The position numbers were made by a program, and so were the translations under genes. A stretch of DNA of 58,583 nt, taken from contig MNCI01002245.1 in the NCBI GenBank assembly GCA_015680685.1, forward strand, positions 33,803-92,385, in the 5' to 3' direction. Positions within the stretch are counted from its first letter, which is position 1; each line of letters begins with the position of its first letter. Of this stretch, positions 1 through 12,578 are shown one piece after another. Source of the DNA: Gnetum montanum. Its lineage: Eukaryota; Plantae; Gnetophyta. Under the pieces are notes generated by a model. The model searched no databases. It saw only the letters and a program-made list of their open reading frames with translations, and was not told the DNA's origin.

Positions 1-47
1 GGTGCTCGTAACGTTCCAGCCTTGCACCGACGATTTCGGTTGGTACA
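1..47 (+). mobile_element. 3' end of the 5' LTR of a young Tat/Ogre-like Ty3 retrotransposon
   Basis: Ends ...CGATTTCGGTTGGTACA (CA terminus) 5 nt before a PBS. Resembles the LTR end at 3040-3075. CpG is retained. Confidence 0.85.
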
Positions 48-52
48 GTTTT

Positions 53-69
53 TGGCGCTAGAAGGAGGG
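53..69 (+). promoter_or_regulatory. Primer-binding site complementary to the plant tRNA-Asn(GUU) 3' end
   Basis: TGGCGCTAGAAGGAGGG is the reverse complement of ...CCCTCCTTCTAGCG-CCA. Confidence 0.9.
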
Positions 70-98
70 CCCACCGAAAACCTTGCTTGCAAATCTTA

Positions 99-357
99 TA
101 GCGTCTACGTTGCCAAACTGAAACTCCAGCGTCTACGCTGCTAATAGACTATAGCGTCTACACTGCTAACAAACTATAGCGTCTACGCTGCCAAACTAAA
201 CCCCAGCGTCTACGCTAACTTTGTTTCAAATTCCTAGTGTCTACGCTGCTACAGTGCTTTTACGCCTGCTATAGTGCTTTTACGCTTGCTACAGTGCTTT
301 TACGCTTGATACAGTGCTTTTATGCCTGCTACAGTGTTTTTACGCCTGCTACAGTGT
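99..357 (+). repeat. 5'-UTR tandem repeats (AGCGTCTACGCTGC units, then about six 20-bp CTACAGTGCTTTTACGCCTG units)
   Basis: Directly visible repeat units. Confidence 0.9.
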
Positions 358-598
358 CGGGCATACAATACACACAACATAACAATTCCGAGATGACTTC
401 CTCTTACCCGAAATCGCCATCCGCGTACGACTACGGTTCATAATTTTATACTTAGCCAAATTTTCTCCCGTTTACATTGTACATGCTAGACCCTTAGAAA
501 AATTTTCAGTGTTCACACATCGGACACTCTGCACACTTAGCCCGAAACACACTCGGCACTTGTTAGCTAGCTCATAAGTTGCCCCATCACACATCACC

Positions 599-2140
599 AT
601 GGAGTCATCCCCGACCTCTAATGCACGCGCCTTCATAGTCTTGACACAAGAACAGTATAACTACATTTGTGTGAAGATTCAAGCCAACCTTCCTCTTGAC
701 ACCATAGAACAGGAGGCAAAACGAAACTTCGAGCACATATACATGGGAGGTCACAAATTCGTCCCCTCTGTATATGACATCATCCCCCTTTCTGAACCTC
801 AGCATAAACTCATCTCCCAGCTCCTTCTGGCAAGGAGCCAAAACTCACGGCGACCCAATGAGGAGCCCCAAAGCCAACATGAAGTAGATGACTTCGAGGC
901 ACAATCTGAACCTGAGGATTCATACCACACCCACAGTCCCCATGCCTACGTGAACCCATCACTCCATCCTCGCATGGGACAGACAACTACTCACCAAGTG
1001 TCAATGAACACACAAGCACCAGTACCCCAACAGAGATTACCCACCTCCATCTCCATCCAGTACATACCGCACATGCAAACACATGGGGCCACTTTCACTA
1101 CATCGACCCCACACATCCAGGGTGTCACTTCACAGTTTGTGGCTAGGCAAGGGACCATACGCCTTGTTCAACAACCCACTCAATTGAACGTGCCACACCC
1201 TGCAACCACAACTCTGAACATTGCTCCACAGCAACAAATGACAACCCAACAACCTCCCCAACCAACTAGTCTGCCTACCGCTCAAGAGTGGGCAGACGTA
1301 AAACAGATGATGCAAGCGTTAGCGGATGAGGTAAAGCAACTCAAAGCTGACAACACTGAACAAGTTAAAGTACTAGATTTCTATCGCGACGATCCAATTA
1401 GCTCTTCAGTGCCACCGTTAGCTTTACCCAAGGGAATCACATTGCCCCAGTTAACCAAGTACAATGGGGAGGGAGATCCAAACGCTCACTTAGTTACATT
1501 TCGATCAAAACCTCTATTGCTTCAAGCTTGGCCCCACACAATCTTGTGAGTGTTCGCTATGTCCTTAACGAGCGTAGCCTTAGACTGGTACCGAGCCTTG
1601 CCTCGTAACTTCATATCCTCTCTGGAGGATCTGTTACATCAGTTCGTTACCCAGTTTAAGTACAACCTCAAGCCTGAAGCCACACTAGACAGTCTGATAT
1701 AGGTGAAACAAGCACCACTTGAGCCTGTGCAAAAGTTCATCCAATGATGGAGTGCAGCCCTTAACGAACTTCATGAGCCCATCCCTGAAAAGTATTTGCT
1801 TACAATTCTGAAGGGAACTGTGAATGACTTCGTTAAGCCAAAACTGTACTACCTAAGCGCTCAAACGTTGAGCCAACCGTTCACACAGATCAAGAACATT
1901 GAACAAGCGGCACAAACCAGCAATGACCCCGCCTATGTGGCTTACAAGAACCAACACGTTGCCAAACAAAAGGCAATAACAGAAATTGTGGCCGTAAGCA
2001 CAAAAACAACTAACACCAGTACCAACCCGCCTACAACAATAGGGGCCACCCCAAAGCCCAACTTTCAGTGCAAAGATCGCTCTAAGTACACACCTCTACC
2101 TGCACGACCTTCAGAACTCCTAGAGCAACTCCAGTTTATG
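599..2140 (+). pseudogene. gag: Tat/Ogre-like Gag with a few in-frame stops, 3'-truncated
   Basis: ORFs at 599 and 1796 are in the same frame. Motif LPQLTKYNGEGDPNAHL...LDWY is retrotransposon Gag. Homologous to the ORFs at 47072-47287 and 47960-48145. Confidence 0.9.
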
Positions 2141-3075
2141 CATCCACAGCGTATACGCCCAGCGTATACACCTGCCCCATAGCGTATACGCCCCGGCGTA
2201 TACGCCAGCAAATGTAACACTTGTAAATTAAATCCGGCCTGATGTAGCGTATACGCCCAGCGTATAAGCCCACGTGTCTCCCAACCCGAATTCCCCGGTA
2301 AAACCTGTCTATAAAAGGCCCAGTTTTCCATGAAACCAGAGGTCAGAGGGCGGTTGGCAAAAAAACTCCCAAAGGAGACAAGAGCCATTTACGCTGCGGA
2401 CCAGAGCTCAAAAACCCTCTTACGCTGGAGAGCCCTGTACACCATACACACAGTCTCTACGCTCCGCCTCCCTTGCGAACCAGCCGAGTCATTCATGCAC
2501 ACGCCGGGGCCTTTCATCCGCCTTGTGCCCAGCCACAATTGAATTAGACCGGTGCACCACATTTCCATTCCATAATACAGTTTATAGTTTACAGTTTACA
2601 ATTTACGCTGTGTTCACATTGTTTCTGCTTACGCTAGTTTACATTTACACTCTGTTTACGCTGTCTACGCCCTGTTTACACTGTTTACGCTGTATACGCC
2701 TTGTTTACGCTTTACACTACGCTCGTTTACACTTGCACGCCTTACGCTTTCTACACTCTGTTTACGCTTTACGCTGTCTACGCTGTACGCTGTCCACACT
2801 TTACACCATTACACTGTTTACACTTTGTTTACGCCTTGTTTTCACCGTTCGCCAGTTTTACGCCCGTTACACAGTTTACGCATAACCCAGCGTATAACAC
2901 TTCAGTGATGCTCGGGGAAATCCTTGTCTGATCCGCATGCGGACCACCCAAGGTACCCTACCTTCGTGCATTCCAGCATGCCCTCAGGTGAAGGTGGGGT
3001 CATCTGTGCTCGTCCTGCGATCCCGCGGTCTCTGTTTTTCCTTCCAGCCAGGGACCGACGATTTCAAGCGGTACA
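2140..3075 (+). mobile_element. Tat-like LTR, probably 5'-truncated, joined directly to gag
   Basis: GCGTATACGC palindromic repeats, TATA CTATAAAAGG at ~2309, TTTACGC repeats, ends ...CGATTTCAAGCGGTACA. No PPT or pol upstream. Confidence 0.8.
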
Positions 3076-5451
3076 CAATGCTTAGCCATGCCCTTCCCAT
3101 GATGATTAGGAAGTCCCATTTATAATTCTCCACCTTGATTGCTAGGAAATTAGTAGGATAAGACCACCCACAAACAATGGTCATAATGTCTTCTACTAGT
3201 CCCAATGGAATAGTGATGGACTAGTTTTCCAATTTCAATCTAATATTACTTTTCTTAAGAGGTGGTAGGTTCCATGTAGCATACATCTCATGAGAAATCA
3301 AGTTGACACTAGAACCTAAATCAAGAAGGAAATTACATGGTTCGTTCCTAATAATCTATAAATAAATAAAAGGACTCCTAGGATGGGCTAATTTCCTAGG
3401 AACGTTGCCAGCCTGAATCTAATCAAATATGGCATAAGTGGGCATAACAATATGGATTCTGGATAGTATTTGGTTTGAAGGGAACTCAAAGGAATTAAGG
3501 ATAGAGAGAGATGGAGAAGTAGGGTTGCCAACTACATGTGTATGTGAGGGCTTAGGTGGACTGTTGGATCAGAAAAAAGGTCTTTTTCATAATATATTAT
3601 CCAAACAACTTGGTTAATGAATTGGTTGTAGATTAATAAACCTAATAGCATTTCATTGCTATGGTTGGGCTAGAAGTTCACCTTGCATAGATGGAGTAGG
3701 TGGTAGCTATGTTGAGAATGGAGGAATAGGTGCAAAAATAGGAGGAGGATAAGGATATAAGGTGGTATCCCTTCTTGAATTTGGAAAATGAGTTTGATAA
3801 TAATCAGGAGGGTAGTAGTGAGGTTGAAAAGTAGAAATGTGACTAGAAGAGTCATGTGGAGATAGGGATTGCTGAACATAATACCCACATGAATTAGGTT
3901 ATCTGTAAAGGAATTACTACATTGGCAGTGCTAGTGCCCATGATTGTGGTTATTGCCACTGTTGATATTGCTCATATGGTTCTAGTGGAATTCCACTTGG
4001 ATAATACTATTGTTGTTGATAATACTGTTACTACTGATGGAAATGCCTAAGGTTGCCTTGAGGATAAGGAAATCTTCTAGGTGTTTGCATTCTTGCTAGT
4101 TGGAAACTTAGAGCATACACCCTAGACTCCTGTAAGGGTGACACAATGGGGCAACATCCCTTAGGATGTTAGATATCACATTCATTGTCATCATTTGATT
4201 CAGTTTCTGCAACTTCCTTTATTGTAGCAATCTTGCCCTTATCCCTTTGATTGGCACATTTAGCTTCCTTTTTCCTCCTATGCTCATGATCACTATCTTG
4301 TTCTTTAGATTCTTTAGAAATTTTTAAGATATCTTAAAATCTACTATCTATAGAGTCTCATAATTAATCAACCTTGGCCAAAATTTCAAAGGTAAATTTT
4401 TGAAGTGGTAATGTTTTTCAATTCACCACCTCATCAAGTGATCATTCCTCCTCACTCTCCTTCTTGTGAATGGAAGGATTACGGTTGTACTCTTCTATAG
4501 TTTTGTGTTTCCTCAACTCTCCTTCTTCCTTTTCCACCTACTCAATCAACCATTAGATCTAATGAGCTCTTAATTCTAATAATTGTCATTGGGGATCGAC
4601 TCTAAGAGTTCTCCTTGTTTTTGATCGAAGCCCATCTATGATATGACGAAGTTGCTCCTATTGAGAATAACCATGACCAAGCCATCTATGTAATAGAGAA
4701 TAGTATCAATCCATGACGATATCCAAGGATTCATATGTCCCTTGTTTGCATCCTTGGATCTACCTAAGTTAGACACATGGGAGTATGTCTAATACTTATT
4801 ATTGAATAATTCAAGCATTGTACTCCACTTTTTGATGAATTCTAGTTCTAAGGACTGGTACCAATTTTTTGCTTCTTTAATGAGTATCCTAGGAAATAAC
4901 TTAAGCTTTTGCTAGTCAATTTCTATATTTTGTTAAGTACAAGTAGCATGGAAAGCTTGAATATTGTTCTATGGATCTAAGTTATATCCCCCTCCTAATC
5001 AAGGGATATTGTTCATGTCTAGCCTCTTGATTTGACTATCCTTTATGTACCTTGTGAGAATCTTCGCTACCTCTGCAATGTTTAGCATGCTCCAGGAAAT
5101 GAGCAAAGGCTCATCGAGGCCATGATTCTAATGCCTATGATTTCCTCTACTACCCCTTCATTCATGGTGATGGATCTCTCCTAAATGCCTACACCCTTGA
5201 TCTTAGCTTGCCTAATAGTCCCTATGATTATCTCAGTCCCATTAGTTACCTTCATCATGATTGCATCCCCTACAGTTGCATTTAGAGCCATAAGAGAAAG
5301 AAGATGATGACGAATAGAAAGAGGAAGCAAAACTAACACCATCATAGTGCTTTCCACCCCTTCTTCAGTGATCATGGCCATGATCACAATCATGCTTTTT
5401 GTCAGCATTCCTACACTAACTCTTCTCCTTGGATCCGATACCATTTTGGGG
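3076..5451 (-). pseudogene. Athila-like element A: degenerate gag-protease (3' part)
   Basis: Minus-strand translation gives KLKLFP..LIKEAKNWYQSL (Gag), LLDLGSSVNLI (aspartic protease) and PLGLVED...FL...IIMGRAWL. Confidence 0.85.
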
Positions 5452-5951
5452 GTGATGGTCGCTTAGGGCCGTCAAGGACTGGTCCATCTTAGTGTGACAC
5501 ATATGCGGATCATCAAACCGTAGGATCCCTTTACTTCGACTCATTCCTTCTGAATCCATGGCTGACTTCCTCGCATAGCATCTTGTCAGAACTCAATCTT
5601 ACACAGCGCACTCCTCTCAATCGGCACTTTCTTTCAGGGAGTTCGTTAGAAAAAGAAGCTACCTTCCAACCAAGCTATCAAAAGGGTCGAACAAAAAAAT
5701 GGAATCATGACATTCAAAAACGAAGCATACAACACACCTAATCAAGAGACAGTGCCAAGAAAGCCATAGTGCTTCCAGATGATGATTATTGACGGAATCT
5801 TAGATAAGAAGAAATCAAGATAAGACAAACATAGAGCAATACTCCAAAGAAAAAGATAATGAAATGCCAATTAATCCACAATAGAAGCGAATTCATTAAG
5901 AGCAATTGTTGAACATACAAGCAAAGACAAGCTTACAGACTAATACACACA
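5452..5951 (-). repeat. Left ~500-bp inverted repeat (inverted copy of the viral leader)
   Basis: Reverse complement of 12579-13084. About 80% identical in the hand-aligned portion, almost all transitions. Confidence 0.95.
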
Positions 5952-6829
5952 ACTGTTTCCCAATACAAATTACCTAATGATTTAGGTCTACCATACTCCT
6001 TATATTCAAACAATGTCTTAGCTAACATAAACAAATGAAAGAATAGAAACACTTTCTAAGTTTTATTGGACAATGGGAAAGAGTCTGGTATCTACCCCTA
6101 ATATTTCAATTAGGCCAAATTTGGGGTCTAAAATGAAGAAAAGTCCATCATGTCCTGTGATAAGCTTAGAACTAGATGGTCCATTAAGGTCATCCTCATC
6201 TTGCCCAGTTTTTTTTGAAATAGAAGAACTACCAAATAGTGATAATGATGTTTAGGAAATCCCAATTCCTGATTTAAATCTTCCCTCTCTCATCCAGTCT
6301 CATGATAAGTATGGAAAGCAATATGTGTATCCGCCTACGCCAATAGGTGATCTGTATTAAGATGAAGTTGAAAATCCTTTTGAACAAGAAGATCAGGAAT
6401 TATTAAGACAAGTAGCTTTAGGTAACAAAGTAACTTATGATGAAAATTCTGTAATCATTTATGATGAAGAACGTGAACAAAGGATTCAAGAAGAAGAAAA
6501 TAGGAGATTTAGGATTCAAATTTTTAATATTTTGGTTCAAGCTGCTTTAGATGAAGTTGATGATGACATCAGGCTTAATGATGATGAAGATGATAAGGAT
6601 GATGGAGAAGCAAGAATTGGAATTATAGATGGTTATCCACATATTTTGATGTTAAGGTTAAGAAGTTTGACATTTCCTAATGCAACTGATGCTAAAGGAA
6701 AAGGAGTTGAGGAGATCTCTGAAGAGCAGCAGGCGATTTTACCATTTTCTAAGGCCTTGCTAAAGAAGAAATCTTTTATGTCAGGAGGACATAAAGATCT
6801 AAGATTTCTAGAGATTCCAAAGGATGCAA

Positions 6830-7330
6830 TATACAATTTTGCAAATACATTCTCTGCAAGAATGGCAACGTCAATCTAACAGTCAGAAGCATTGCTTGAT
6901 ATTAAAGGAAAAGGTATCAGACCTATTTTACTACCGTTATTCACTGATGAAGAAATAGATAAATGGAAAGCTCAGAATTATGCATATGTTCATCTGGGTC
7001 AAATTGATATCATGGTTAGTCCTAAGTTCAACTACAATATTGGGGCAGAATATGTAGTTACGTTATTAGATAATTGAGTAATTAGTGATGGTATATGCTA
7101 AGATCTAGAAACCACATGGGAAACAACAAAGATCTGTCAGTTCAGAGGAACGCTTGATTCTGATGCTCTCTACACAGTCCAGCCAAATTACCAATTAGCA
7201 TTAAATGATGATTATATAACAAGTGCTTTGTTGTTATGTATAGAGATACATGGCATAGATCTGCTTCCAGGTGTAGTTTATGCAGCTATTGTGGTTCATG
7301 GAACGTATCAGCTATCAAATAAAATTCTAA
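6830..7330 (+). pseudogene. 30K-superfamily viral movement protein domain
   Basis: YAYVHLGQIDIMVSPKF...VVTLLDN(R)...GTLDSDALYTVQPNYQLALND matches the caulimovirid MP core. Confidence 0.9.
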
Positions 7331-8329
7331 TGAACCACAAGTTGAAGTGGGGAGTTTAGTTTCTCAAAGGAAGTTAACATTTGATCACATGTAGAAGATC
7401 GATTCATGCACCTGACTACATTCAAAGTTTTCCAAAGATCCAGAACCTGCTACAAGATTAAGAATTCAAGACCATGGAAAAGCCAAAAAGAAGATGGAGT
7501 TAATACCTAATTCAACAATTTGGAAGGTCTGAAATAGTTACTTTGGAAGCACTCCCAGTAGTACTCCCTTCTCAAAAATTTGCAAAATCATCAACAACAT
7601 CAACCTCACCCAACTATGATACTCGTGCTGCAATCTTGATGATGCAACCCTCCTACAGAAAAGTAGGAAACTAAAGGTTACTAAGTGGCGGTCAATGGCC
7701 ACCTCTTGGTGCATATCATACAACAGCATCACAAGTTGATCCACCAGTTACAAGAGTAGATTGTAGCTACTTGCTTGAGCATTCAGTTGCCAGTCCTACA
7801 GACCAATAGGACACCATTCGTCAGCTCAACTACTTGTATCATTGGATGTCATATGCTTCACAGCATATCACACGCATGCATGATCATCTCAGCCAAATTG
7901 AACATGGTGTTGATCGGATTGACGATCATGTCAGTGTTATGTCCAAAGAAATGAGCGATCATCTCACTGCCTATGAAGCAATCATTGAGCACAAGCTTGA
8001 CGAACAGCAGACAAAGAAGTAACAGTAACCGAGTGTGACAAAGCAAAAAATTCAAGCAGTGTATACCCTTGAAAATCAATTGGTTCTTCCAAAAGCTCGA
8101 GAATCTTCTGTACCAGTTTTACAAGCTCAACCGTCCGCACCATCAAGTAAGCCAGTCCTTAAAGATCCGAGAGATCATCTACTCCTCAAAAAGATTAAAT
8201 GTCTTCAAATTGAAAAGGAAGTGAAAAAGCCCAAGTCAGAAGGATAGCAATCAGGACCATCTAGTCCTAAAAATTCAAAGCCAAAATATGAAGATGATTT
8301 TCAACGACACATCATGATGGCAAGGAGAG

Positions 8330-9245
8330 TTCATCTGAATCCTCCATGAAGCAGAAATCCAGTCAATCCACCTCCTGTGTTCTCTGCATTTCAACAATGG
8401 CCAACAGCATTAATTCCTGTAATTGACATTATTTTCTTGCCGCCAAAAGAGTTGTTGCACGCATTGCATCTTTGGATAGACAAACTTAGAACAACCATGC
8501 ATGTTCTAAATCTAGATGAAAGAATAGTCATTATCGATGCATTTACCCAAGCTAGTGGAAAAATTCGACATTGGTGGGAAAGTTCCAGCCAAGAATAGCA
8601 AGAACAGATCATCAGCATAGGATTACAAGGTGTGTTCATTGCCTTAGTTACAGAATTTATAGTACATCTTTTTGCAAATATTAGATTGAAAGATAAATTG
8701 CTCTTCAGTCAGAGAAAGTTGCATGATTTGAAGTATTTTGAGCAATTTAGTGCTAAATATGTTAATGAGGTCTATAGATTAGCTTTTCATAAAGATCAGA
8801 TGATTCCTTATCTATATCTAGGAAGCTTGCTTGCTAAACTTGGAAAAATGGTGTTATATAAAGCTCTTGAAAAGAATATAGATCTGTCTTTAACCTACTT
8901 TGCAGACATGGTGCATATGGTTAGACAAGAACTTTAGTTTGCATGCTACAATGTCTAGTTACACACTTTACTTCCTTCAGCGGAAGTTTATGCTAATCTA
9001 GATGGGGTCGATGTGTTTAGTAGAGCCCCATGAGCTCCTTTCAAAAATCCAAAGAAGATAATATTTCAGCGAAAGTAGTTTAGAAGACCATCTCAACCAA
9101 GGTTCACTCAAAGAAAATGGAGATGATCATTCAAGCCAAATTTGAAGCATTTCTTTACTAAGAAATGAAAAGGTCCCTTCAATAGAAAAAAGGTAACCTG
9201 TTATTCATGCAAAAATCAAGGTCACTATGCAAATGAATGTCCACA
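8330..9245 (+). pseudogene. Capsid protein domain with CX2CX4HX4C zinc knuckle
   Basis: GKIRHWWES..., a basic tail, and CYSCKNQGHYANEC at 9199-9240. Confidence 0.85.
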
Positions 9246-9849
9246 GAAAAGGCCAGATCATAAGATGAAAGCATTCTTTGAAAGCTATATTGAAGACTGG
9301 GAACTCGTAGATGATCCAGAAGCAAAAGCCGTAGAAGAAAAGATTTATGCAATTTAAGTCTTGTCAGATTCTAAGCAAGGTTCAAATGAAGAGACACCTT
9401 AAGAAAGTGAATTATCACTAGAAGATGGTGAAGAACTCCAACGAAGTTTCATGATGCAGCCATCCTCTAGCGAATTCAAAGAAGAATGGTTCACTGATAT
9501 TTTGCTTGAAGATCTTGAAGAAGTCAAGACATGGCTAAATGAAGAAGAAGTGTGGTCAACCTCAGATGAATATCAAGAGATTCAATTCAAATCTAAAGAT
9601 CAATTTGGAGATCGTGATTCAAGTATTTCTTCAACTCTGGGATGTAGAGAAACATTGTTAAAAGCTACCTATGAAGATGATTCAGATGAAGAACCAACCC
9701 CGAAGATCATCAACCAAAAGTTGCCAAAGTTCTTAGCCACACCATATCAGAAGCGTTTTCTAGTTGCAGCAAAAATTGGCAAATGGACAAAAGAGAAGAC
9801 TCGTCAAGTAGACCCTCAAGTTCAGCACCAAATTAAGCATTTACTTTCT

Positions 9850-10190
9850 CTACATAGCATTTTATTAGTTCCAGTTAAAGTAGTAGTAGATGGAAAAGAA
9901 AAGTGGAAGAAATATCAAGCTTTCATTGATACTGGAGCAACTTTGTATTTTTGCCATAAAGATGTTTTAGAAAATTTGGTTACGCATAAACTAGTCACAT
10001 TGGACACAATGAATGGTGTCAGAAAACTTACCCATTTTGCATTTGATGTGCCAATATCTCTTAATGATGAATATGTGAGTTCAACAAATTTTGTGCAAAT
10101 CTCTGATAGTGGTTTTGATATAGGATTGGGTGCTTTCTTCATGGACAATCTTGGTCCATACACAATTAGGCATGAAATGATAGTATGTTC
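9850..10190 (+). pseudogene. Aspartic protease domain
   Basis: YQAFIDTGAT...DIGLGAFF. Confidence 0.9.
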
Positions 10191-10449
10191 ATCCTTGCAA
10201 AAGGATGATCATCCGAAGATTATTTTAAGTAAATTCCGCCTCAATTGCAGAGAAACAAGCATCCGCAGATTCGCACAAATTTCAATAGAGATAATCCTTC
10301 TTTAAAGCAAGTATTGACATAATATGAGCTAGAGGATATTGCCAAGCAAAAATATGCTCTAATTCAAGAATTGAAAATGGCTCAAATTGATTTGAATGAT
10401 GAAGAGAAAAGATGTTATAGTAGCTGTTGTGAAGAACTGAAGAAATGCT

Positions 10450-11810
10450 GTTGTGAGCATCCATTGGATTTTTGGGATAAAGATAGTCCTGAAGCACACA
10501 TTCCAACTGTGCATAACATCCTAGTCCAATCTAAGGTAATTGTACTGAATCAACAAGATACTGAAGAAATGGCAAAACAAGTGGCAGAATTTCTAGAAAA
10601 AGGGTTAATTCAAAGATCTCAATCCAATTATGCCTGTTCCAGTTTTATTGTTCGAAATCATGATGAGATAGCCAGAGGAAAATCCAGAATGGTAATCAAT
10701 TACATACCATTAAATGCAGTTACCATCGACGTCAAATGACCATTACCCAACAAATAGTTGCTAATTCAAACAGTTGCAGGAAAGAAAGTGTTCAGTAAAT
10801 TTGATTGCAAAAGTGGATATCATTAGATCTGAATCGTAGAGGCTGATATTCATAAAATGGCATTCAACACTCCTCAAGGTTTATTTGAATGGACAGTAAT
10901 GCCATTTGGGTTAAAAAATGCTCCATCCTAGTTTTAGAGAAGAATGGATGCCATTTTCAAGAATTCACACAATTTTGTAGCCAACTATTTCGATGATCTT
11001 GTGATATTTTCAGACAATCCCACAGAGCATGTTTCTCATCTGCATCAGTTTGCACAGCTTTGCATTCAACATGGAATTGGGTTTTCCTCTGATAGTACGA
11101 AGTTTCAAATCGGTAAAAAAGCTATTGAATTTTTAGGCATCACCATTCAGGATGGAAAAATTCATATGCAGCCACATGTACTTCAGAAGATTGATAAGTT
11201 TCTAGACCAGCTGGCAAATAAAGAACAGTGCCTTCAATTTTTAGGATGTGTTAATTATGTTTCCAAGCACATTGAAAAGTTTTTAAACAAAACCAAAGAG
11301 ATTCGTTGGTGTAAAAACCAGCAACCGTTTCTTTGGACAATAGCAGCAATAGCCCAAGTAAAGCAGCTCAAAGCAGAATGTCAAAATCTTCCTCCTCTCA
11401 AACTAATTTTGCATGGTCCGTTCATCCTGAACACAAATGCAAGTTATGATGCATGGGCAACGGTGTTGCTTCAAGTAAGCAATTTGAAAGAATCAGAACA
11501 GGTATGTGCTTATGCCTCCGGAACATTCCAGAAAAGTGAACTGAATTACTAGCCTGTGGAAAAGGAAATTCTTGTAGCAGTCCGTGGTCTAGAAAAGTTT
11601 CATATCCATCTCATTGCTGAGCCCTTCATCCTCCACACAGATTCTTCAAATTTAGCAACTTTGCTAAAACGGTGAATCTCCTCATCTCCAAAACTTCAAC
11701 GTTTTGCGTGGTGGAAATTTTTATTGGCACAGTACAAGTTCTCCATTGAAAGAATTCCAGGCATCACCAATAGTCTTCCGAATGCATTAACTTGTGAGTT
11801 AAAACCATAG
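10450..11810 (+). pseudogene. Reverse transcriptase and RNase H domains, caulimovirid type
   Basis: [39 protein letters not shown] at ~10985, CAYASGTF..SELNY..EKE. Confidence 0.95.
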
Positions 11811-11816
11811 ATCAAA

Positions 11817-12455
11817 ATGTTTCAACCTAAATCGAGTAGCAGTTCTCTCAATCCTATCCAAGATTTAGAAGATTGGAAAATTTGGCTAGTGAAAACATTA
11901 GAAGATATTGTTTGCTGGGTTCGACAAGTCTCAAGACTGTTTCCTTAGGATTCTTTACTAAGTGTTTCCAAGCAGTATCCAATGCTTGATTTCTTCATCA
12001 ACATGGCAGGAAGAATCGACTGTGTCATCAATAATATTTGATGGAGTCGGCTAGAAGGTAAACTATTATACCATATGATGTTGAAAAATATGCTTGATCA
12101 TTTGATCCTTATCCAAAGGCCATTATTTGTAAACGAAAATGTAAGAAGATATCTCCATGAGATATTAGGATCAACCTCATAGGAAGAAAAGTTGTGTACA
12201 TCATTCCAACGAATCAAATTTTTCCAAGAGCTTACCTAGTATGCTAATGAACACATAGTGCCCAAGCAACTTCCACTACCAGAACCAAATGATGTCTCAT
12301 CCATGCCAGCAAGCATCTTGATAGAGCTGTCAAAACTTATCAAGAACTGCAACGATTGTAACTGTGCACGTGGAAAGATTTTTCCTATTCATCGTGCCAT
12401 TCTCAAAGATATCTAGGCATGCCTTATACACCTCCCTTTCTTGTTTTCCAAGTAA
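11817..12455 (+). pseudogene. Downstream viral ORF (~212 codons, unknown function, several stops)
   Basis: ATG at 11817 to TAA at 12453-12455 with only deamination-type stops. Contains CNDCNC...H. In frame with pol across a single TAG. Confidence 0.7.
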
Positions 12456-12469
12456 AGTTTTAGCTTCAC

Positions 12470-12530
12470 TTGCACGTCAAGCAAATGTGGTGTGTTTTGG
12501 AAGCCTCAAGCTTCCCTGTCCTATAAATAA
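12470..12530 (+). promoter_or_regulatory. Putative pregenomic RNA promoter (ACGTCA/TGACGT element and TATA box CTATAAATAA at 12521)
   Basis: Lies right after the last ORF, as for the caulimovirus 35S-type promoter. Confidence 0.7.
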
Positions 12531-12578
12531 AGGTCCTCGGTGCACCAGAAGAGGGTAAGAGAGAAAGGTGTGAGAGTG

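Larger units (their letters stand above)
5953..11810 (+). pseudogene. Caulimovirid ORF1 polyprotein (acidic N-terminal region-MP-coiled coil-CP-PR-RT-RH)
   Basis: ORF fragments at 6073, 6532, 6892, 7834, 8035, 8377, 8632 and 9451 share one frame. One shift near 10230 leads to the frame of 10371/10944. Stops are mostly deamination-type. Confidence 0.9.

Noticed and set aside
237-443. 68-aa ORF and a CRISPR-like look of the 20-bp repeats
   Set aside because: These are head-to-tail repeats without spacers in a retrotransposon 5' UTR, in eukaryotic context.
2523-2931. Hydrophobic ORFs of 120 and 76 aa
   Set aside because: They are translations of TTTACGC-type LTR repeats.
6086-6097. TGGTATCTACCC (and GGTATCAGAC near 6914) as the viral PBS
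   Set aside because: Only partial matches, and they lie inside the ORF1 reading frame.
10215-10240. Programmed -1 frameshift between viral PR and RT
   Set aside because: No canonical slippery heptamer is in frame. A single-base loss after integration is simpler.
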